A stretch of 64,000 bases of DNA from Eledone cirrhosa (Eukaryota), in contig OZ024743.1 of NCBI GenBank assembly GCA_964016885.1, positions 67,146,001-67,210,000 of the forward strand, written 5' to 3'. Numbering within the stretch: position 1 is the first letter of the stretch; every line of letters begins with the position of its first letter. A model generated the notes under the pieces. The model was not told the origin of the DNA. It saw only the letters and a program-made list of their open reading frames with translations, and did not search any database. Positions 56,129 through 64,000 of the stretch are shown here, in pieces. A program made the position numbers and the translations under genes.

Positions 56129-59100
56129 TTCTTCTTTTCTAGATAGGTAATTTTGACGTCCGTTTGTTTGCGTTGTTTAACTCTTGCCAATAACATTTAA
56201 ACTACTGTCAAAGCCAGCACTGTACCCAGGGTTCTGGGTAAGGGTACAAGTTGGGAGTGAGGGTTGGCTTTCAGCATATATACGTCTAAATCTGCCTCCT
56301 TAAAATGAGATGCTTCATCTAAGCTTTCTACACTCAGAGACAGGCGCTGGGCAGGAGCTCTGTAGTTCAGTGATTCGACTGTGGTGCAACCACATAACAT
56401 GGACCAGAGACTCTCTTTCTCTCTCTCCCCCCCCCCCTCTCTCTCTCTTTCTCAGTCCTAAAGAATACCACCCCACTGGTTTCAGTGATGCTTCGCCTTT
56501 CTGGTCGTGCTTGAATCGACTCGGAACAGTTGGTCGTTGTTGAGTCAACCCTAAGAAATGGGGATATACCACCGATGATGATTCCATCTTTCAATGCAGG
56601 CAATTACAAACTATAGAACACTAGTTTGTCCCAATCTTGAAGATTCTGGCATACGTAACGACATTGAAACCTTAACACGCCAGTGAAGGCTATGTGCGTA
56701 ACGCTGGAATGGTGTGGTGTAGTGACTCGATAAGAAGATCTAAGCTAACATACATTAAAAATACCTAATTCTCTCAACGCCTCGTGACTATATGATTCTT
56801 TGTCTACATATACTAACCGATAGTTAACTCTTAAAAATGACAGGTAATTTATTAGCCTCACTTTGGTGTAATGCTAGCACAGCTTTGTTGCATAAGGCAA
56901 GTGTGAGATCATGTCCCACAGACGAAGCTTTCAATTGTTAAAGATCTACTCTGAACTTCGCATTTATACTTATTCTAGATATACTTCAAGGACTGGCAAA
57001 TTACATTTGGAAGAACACACATGACGTTAAGAACTTAAAACGAATTACATCATTATTTACTGATCGATGTATTACGCTCGCAACCTCGTTTAGTCAACAT
57101 GTTTAACGTAAAAATACAGGTCCTTAACTGTTGAGCGCTTTATGATGTATATGCTGAAGTGAAGGCCCCCGCTCTCAGCAACACACGGGAAATCCCTGCA
57201 CCATGGGGACTAACGTAGACCTTTTGGATCTTCTTGCCAGTGAACACACCTAACCGAACATAGTCTCTGGTCGAAGGTTTGTCATCTGTATATAAGAAGA
57301 TCAAATTAAGCGTAAAACCTCTCGTCTGCTCCTAATACTCTTTATTTCGCATAAAAACCTGCAACGAAATCCATGTATGGAACCTGTGTTTTCACTTCCT
57401 CTCGCCTCATCGGTCGGAGCGACAGCTGGGAAATTTACATTAAGGATTATTGGGACCTGCTGGGTCAAAGTGACTCACGGAAGAACACACTAATATTTTA
57501 TACCTGCTGTTTCGGCTCTAGGAGTACAATAACTGAATTCACTCTAGTTCGTCAAATGTTATCACCTGTATCTTGTATCTGTATTTTCTATTTCGGCACT
57601 TATCACTTATCTATATTTCTTTTATTTGATTGATTGAACTGTCTTGCCGCGAGAGTGCAGGTCGGTTACCCTGATATGCCGCCCTCAACGACATATTGAG
57701 AAGGAGCTTGGACGCAGCTGGTTTCCCATCAAAATTGGAACCAGCAAGCATCTCTACGGAATTACCCTCCCACCACGCTCACATTCTTTGACCCTAGAGC
57801 CCCTGCCTTTCCCTTCCTTTTCCGTTTTTAAATATTTGTTATTTGTTATTTGTTATTCTATTAAAGAAATATTTTTGCCACAAATATCAAAATATGAACC
57901 ATTTTTTAAAACTTTAATTAGTTAATCATTCAATTTTTTAAAAATCAGTTTGCATTTTTCTATTTATTGAATATAATTAGAGACAATAACGGGATATTGC
58001 TTTTTATATTTTATATTTGGATTTAATAGTAATTCGATTAATAAGTTTCCTGACTTGTCTCTCGTACATACTGTAGGTAATATAATTCATATAATTGGGC
58101 ACTACTTAATTTTTAAACCATAACTTTCAATTGTTATTCGTTAAATCTGAATATTTAATGTTAAATATTGAATTGTAATTTTGACATTAATTTATACATA
58201 TTCCCATTTATTTTAAATTGAAAATTAAACATTCAGAATTAACAATTAACAATGTGGAATTCTAATTTCTAACCTCTGACATTAATTTAACTATTCACTT
58301 ATGCTAATGTGTGAATTAAACGACAATTCACTCAACAATATAAGCTTTTGAGATCAGCGTGATGTGATAGTATTGTATTGATAAAAAAATAGATTTTCTG
58401 TAGTGGTGGACATGCATTACTCCGCCTATTTTCGCTATCACATTCTCCTCTTCTGCTTCTTTTCCTCCGTGGACCCATAGTGCTTGGTTTTTCCCTTTTT
58501 TTTCCTTTCATTTATGGTATTTATAACCCTTCCTCCAACTTTCCCGTACAGCCAGATCTGCCCTTCTTTACTTCTTCCCCGCTCTGTTCATTGTTTGTTT
58601 TTGTTTTTATCCCTTTGTTTTCTTTTTCTTTCATATTTCCATCAATATTTGTAATGTTACCTATACAACTGTGAATTGATTTATTGTCTGTAATTCTAAT
58701 TTATACTACATATGTCTGCTGGAAAAGAACTCAGTGGCGCAGCAATAAAAAAACTTGTGAGATATTACGTCCACAGTGTACAATTTACCTTCAGTTGTGA
58801 AGGACGGAGGCTTTGGTATGGCAGATAGGCTCATCACATTGATTCTAGCTGCTTGCCGGGAGTGGGAGATAAACAGATGGTCAATCAATCCTCCATCACC
58901 ATGTCTGCTTACTAGACCTTTCCACTACTTGCCATTACAGCCAGATCTGCCCTACATTACAATTTACCCACTCTATTCCATCGTTATGTTTTTTTGTACT
59001 AATTCTAGCTAATACTGAATGTATTTAAACAAAGTAATGAACAAAGATTACTTCCGTTATTTCAATTTTTGTATATACTCGGTGCTGAAATTTGATGTTT

Positions 59101-59252
59101 TCTCAAGGCACCGGTAACATATATAATATGTTATATTATTTTTTTCTTCTGTCCGATGAAGGCATTGGTGTTGCATAATCGTTTATTCAGAGTCGTTTTA
59201 TACATATTTCGTTGACAACTATGTTAATTTCAACCTTTTATCTTACACTTTT

Positions 59253-59288
<36 letters not shown>

Positions 59289-59530
59289 AGCTTAATTGCT
59301 ATATATTAACGTTTTGTCTCACGTCTCTGGACATCGTTAGGCTTGTGTCAGATGCTGTGACATCGGGTGGACTGCAGTACCGTTGGTATGGGTCGAAACC
59401 GCCAAAGTCCACCTAAACGGCCCTAGAGTCCATTTGTATCTTTATTTTTTAAAAAATATTTTTTGAAGGTTTTCTTTTTGAAAGATTGTTTTTTGTTCGT
59501 TGTCTTGTCTTCTCCTTGTTACACTACTTA

Positions 59531-59609
<79 letters not shown>

Positions 59610-59615
<6 letters not shown>

Positions 59616-59903
59616 GTGAAAGAGTGAAGAAAACATGGTCGGCTGTACAAAAGAGGTTTTATTTACAGTGTTTCATTGATCAGGTGAGTCTAAAGGCCAT
59701 TAATCACTCGAAATTGCGTCACTCGACCTTAAATACAGTGTGTGTCTCTGATCAACTCATCGAATACGGATTTAAGGTCGAGTGACGCAATTTCGAGTGA
59801 TTAGCGGCTTAGATTCATCTGATCAATGAAACAATTGTTAATACTGTAAATAAAACCTTTTTTGTACAGCCGAGCATGTTATTCTTCACTCTTTCACTAC
59901 TAT
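59610..59903. repeat. Imperfect foldback, ~125-bp arms, possibly a decayed hammerhead element
   Basis: ATAGTAGTGAAAGAGTGAAGAA..TAATCACTCGAAATTGCGTCACTCGACCTTAAAT and its reverse complement; the right arm has GAAACAATTGTT followed by AATAAA. Confidence 0.8.
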
Positions 59904-60058
59904 TACTCCAAGAATGATCTGCATGGGAATTCTCGCAAACTCGCTACGTAACTAAGGAAACCTCTTGTTGAATCAAACAACGCCGTACGTTAAAACTATC
60001 TATAGTACAGAGTACTCACAACCTCTAACTGGATTACCTAAAACGATAACTTGTTATC

Positions 60059-60180
<122 letters not shown>

Positions 60181-60823
60181 TATAATCTATAAAGCTCAGT
60201 GTATGGACATGCTCCTTTGTTATAGAAATCTACGATATAGAATTTCTTCAATTGAAATTTACAATTCAGTATTCGAAATAGCTTTGATTGCGTCTTGGCA
60301 CAGATAATTTTTTCAATTTCACCCACAATTACGCAAAAAATAGATAAAACTCAATATTTTACGATATTTCTCTCTCATTTAAAGTGCTAAACTCTTTCCA
60401 TTACCATTCAAAATCTATACAACTTCATACTTTCTGCTACTTTCTCTTTCCAAGCTTGATGGTGATACTGTCCGTTTTACTCTCTCATATCATCTACAAC
60501 CCTCTATCTACAACCCACACATTTTGCTACTTTCTCTTTTATACTTCAAACTTACTGATTTATTTCCAAACGCATACAAACACACTCACTTCAAATGATA
60601 AAAAAACATTTAAAGCAATTAAACAACGTGCGTGATTTATAACCACACTAACTTTTAGTTGCTTCAAACTTAATGATTTATTTACAAACACATACAAATA
60701 CACACTCATATAAATTGCTCAAAAAAAATTTAAAGCAATTAAACAACGTGCGGGATTTATAACCACAAATACACGACTACTCATTAACAACATTTAAAGC
60801 AATTAAACAACGTGCGTGATTGC

Positions 60824-60914
<91 letters not shown>

Positions 60915-60949
60915 TGAGCGGGAGAGAGAGAGAGAACGTTTATTATTAC

Positions 60950-61013
60950 ATAAAGTACCAGTAATGTACTGGGTAATTGCTGGCCTTGTGCCAAAAAAGT
61001 AGAAACAATTATT
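60950..61013 (+). mobile_element. SINE family A 3' fragment
   Basis: TAAAGTACCAGTAATGTACTGGGTAATTGCTGGCCTTGTGCC..AGTAGAAACAATTATTA. Confidence 0.85.
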
Positions 61014-61225
61014 ACATTTCATACGAAACGACAATTATTCAAAAGCAACAGATACATTTATTCAACAACAAGGGATAAATCTTTTTAAAAACCTCTCAAC
61101 GAACGTGGATTCTTACAGACTTTGAGTCGAATCGGTTTGAAATTGTGCAAATGTATAAACATGGAACATGTGCACACACACATCAACAACAACAATCTGC
61201 CTTTTATAGATAATGATAAACAATA

Positions 61226-61504
61226 ATATCCTCTATGAGGTCACTAAACCTGCTAGAAACAGCATCTAACTCTCCTCCATACAAAACCCCTCCCTACTGT
61301 CTTAAATTTAGAAAACACATATCCTCTATGAGGTTACTAAACCTGCTAGAAACAGCAGCTAACTCTCCCCCATATCACACTCCCCCCTACTGTCTTAAAT
61401 TTAGAAAACATATCTTCTATGATGTCACTAAACCTGCTAGAAACAGCAGCTAACTCTCCCTCATATCACAACCCCCCCCCTACTGTCTTAAATTTAGAAA
61501 ACAC
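61226..61504. repeat. 3 x ~92-bp tandem repeat
   Basis: ACTAAACCTGCTAGAAACAGCA..CCCTACTGTCTTAAATTTAGAAAAC three times. Confidence 0.9.
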
Positions 61505-61763
61505 ACAGACAACCATGCAGAACAACTCCATCGCAGCTCTGTTGTTCGGCTGGCATCGTCTACGCGCGTGTTGCGCAAGTACAGTGAAACAATAAATTTC
61601 AACACTTTTTTTGCACAGAGATAATATCCATAGGCGAAATTACAATTGTCACTGCTGGCGCAGCTCCTGCTTCCAGGTCTGCAATTCATTCACCCAGTGC
61701 CTGGCAGACAAAAAAGTGCTGCCATAAAATCGGTGGTGCAACCTAACTTTGGTAACTTAATGA

Positions 61764-61790
61764 CCCGAGCAACGTCGGGCTATAATGCTA

Positions 61791-61792
<2 letters not shown>
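61764..61792 (+). mobile_element. Probable Helitron 3' terminus
   Basis: GC hairpin CCCGA-gcaacg-TCGGG, 8-nt spacer, CTAG then T. Confidence 0.6.
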
Positions 61793-61876
<84 letters not shown>

Positions 61877-61878
<2 letters not shown>

Positions 61879-64000
61879 CCAGTTGGTGCTACTGGTAACA
61901 TGTATCCCAGTACAACCTGTATCATGGTCGGGTCGTTGGCGACTAAACTAGCAACCCCACCAAGGTTTCTTGGTGAGGAGGGTGACTTTGGACATCCTGC
62001 AGGACTAAAAACAAAACCTGTCAAAGGGCAAAGGAGCTCTTAAGAGTCAATGGCCATCCAAAATCACCGGGAGAGATGACCCCTTAGCCTTTGTTAAGGC
62101 AGAATTCTAGAAGGAAAACTCTGATATAACACCTGCAACCCATCGGTTTGCAGTTCTACCTGAGACTACTCCACTTACTGTCTCTTTACTAAATGTCAGT
62201 GGTTGGGCTTCAGGTTAGCGACCTGTTCCCGGAACAAACTCTCCTGCTACGAAAACAATTCATAGTGCATCAGATTTAAATTCCAAGCAGTCAGGAGAAC
62301 GGTTGCCTCTAACCGGAGATTGTATGACGGGTGTCGGCGAAAGTCTCAATGAGGAAGCCGACATCCTGAGGACCAGAATTCTGTCTGCAAAAACAACCAC
62401 ACGTATTGGATATTGGAACATAAGAACTATGTACCAACCATCCAAACTTGCGCAAGTTATCGGAGAAATGCAGGCCTACAAAATTAACATCCTGGGCCTC
62501 AGCGAGGTCCGCTGGACTGACTCTTGGAAGTTTGTCCATGAAAACAAGACCATCCTGTTCTCAGGCCGTCAGAACGGGACCCGCCGAGATGGAGTTGCAA
62601 TCATCATGGACAGGGCTGCCAGTGGTGCCCTTGAGGAGTGGACTCCTATCAACGAACGCCTAATGACAGCAAGATTCACCACATCACATGCAAAGGTCAC
62701 CATAGCTCAGTGCTATGCTCCAACCAACGAACATAACGATGATGACAAGGACGCTCTCTACCAGCAACTACAAGATGTTGTAAACAAAACCCCACGTCAT
62801 GACATCCTGATCATCATGGGAGACATGAACGCACAGATCGGGGGAAGCAGGGTTGGCTTTGAACATGTCCTTGGTCCCCATGTTTATGGAAACCGCACGG
62901 ACAACGGGGACAGGTTTGTCCAGTTCTGTGCCATGAACAATATGAAAATCGGCTCGTCACTATTTGACACAAGGTCACATGGGCTTCGAACGACCACAGG
63001 ACCAAGACGCAAATAGACGACATTGCGATTGGCCCAAGTTGGAGAGCTCCTTGCCTGCAGGACGTCTGAGTCTACCGGGGCGCAGAGGTCTGCAGTGACC
63101 ACTATCTGTCTGTTACCAAACTTAAAATCAGACTGAGGAAGCAGAAGAAGAGAGCACTCACTACAAGGCGTTTTGACACTACCAAGCTGAAGAACGGTGA
63201 CACAGAAGCACAGTTCGAGGCTGCTCTGAGGAACAGATTTGCTGTCCTTGAGGAGTCTGCACCAGGCTCGGTCAATTGGTGGGAGGAAATGAAGAAGACC
63301 ATGGAAGCTGCAGGGGAAGAAATCCTGGGCTACAGGAAGTCCCTCAGAGAAGCTTGGATCAGCGACAACACCTGGCAGCTGATTAATGAAAGGAAAGCCC
63401 TACACCAGCAGAGGCATGCCACTACCCCAGAGGTATGCCACTACCCCAGAGGCATGCCACTACCCCAGAGGCCATCAAGGTTTTTCAGCAGTATGTTGAC
63501 AAGGACAAGGAGGTGAAACGCAGTGCCCCAAAGGACAAACGAATGTGGCTTGAGGGTAAGGCAGAGGAGGCAGAAGCAGCTGCGGCACGCAATGACATGC
63601 GCTCTGTGTACCAAATTGCCAAGAAAATCACCGGCAGCTCTAGAGCTAACTCAGGCCCGGTGAAAGCGAAAGATGGTACGCTGCTTTCCAAGGGTGAAGA
63701 AAAGTTAGTCAGATGGGCTGAACATTTCAAGGAAGTCCTCAACCGACCGGAGTCACGTGTGCCAGCAGACACTAAGGAACCTACTAGTTTAAAACCCTTA
63801 AGAATAACAAGTCACCAGGTATGGATGGCATTTCTGCTGAAATGCTGAAGTCAGGAGGCGAAAGCATGGTCAAGTGGATGGGCCACTTATGTAATCTTGT
63901 GTGGAACACGGGTGAAGTCCCAGAAGATTGGAGAAACAGAGCGGTTGTCTGTATCCCCAAGAAGGGCAACCTTGCCGATTGTGACAACAGGAGGGGAGTG
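61877..64000 (+). mobile_element. RTE-clade LINE, 5' portion (continues beyond the window)
   Basis: ~450-bp 5' UTR beginning right after (TA)n, followed directly by an EN-RT ORF with no separate ORF1. Confidence 0.9.
62324..64000 (+). pseudogene. APE endonuclease + start of reverse transcriptase, disrupted
   Basis: RIGYWNIRTM, ILGLSEVRW, CYAPT, MGDMNA, then after a frameshift near 62970 VTWASND..QIDDI..SDH; WAEHFKEVLN; KSPGMDGISAEMLK..WNTGEVPEDW..IPKKGNLADCDNRRG; stop, frameshifts and a 19-bp triplication at ~63410-63470. Confidence 0.92.

Noticed and set aside
55850-59100. Short ORFs in the least repetitive stretch
   Set aside because: No recognisable domain or convincing splice pattern; small exons or old TE remnants cannot be excluded without a search
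59150-59420. CCGATGAAGG and GGTGGACT..GAAAC..AGTCCACC as ribozymes
   Set aside because: Core nucleotides missing or out of register
61877-61960. HDV-like ribozyme at the RTE 5' end (CCAGT..GG-GTCG/CGAC-TAA-ACTGG in the 44.7-45.3-kb copies)
   Set aside because: P2/P4-like pieces exist, but I could not build a canonical P1/P3/L3 by eye; needs an RNAmotif HDV search

Overview
Eukaryotic, repeat-saturated, AT-rich window with no confidently identifiable host gene. The (TA)n/(CA)n/(AAC)n density and the SINE families look like an octopus/cephalopod genome; this is inferred from recall, not tested. Nearly all long ORFs in the supplied track are artefacts of micro- and minisatellites. Real content: (i) large minisatellites, two with higher-order structure; (ii) about 20 copies or fragments of a tRNA-derived SINE plus two other SINE families, some nested and some with target-site duplications; (iii) three minus-strand copies of a Neptune-type Penelope-like element (PLE), one retaining RT C-terminus and GIY-YIG remnants, plus a fragment of a second PLE endonuclease type; (iv) a decayed RTE-clade LINE at the right edge and a bipartite non-autonomous relative ending in a C2H2 finger; (v) a probable Helitron 3' end. 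The most striking signal is about 15 minimal type-I hammerhead ribozyme motifs from about 7 sequence families between 17 and 41 kb, 11 of them between 30.1 and 35.5 kb. Most sit in short non-coding elements embedded in (TA)n and arranged as head-to-head foldbacks. One is a 316-bp tandem, retrozyme-like unit whose hammerhead has a compensatory U3-A8 core. All folds and translations were done by eye and no activity is demonstrated.
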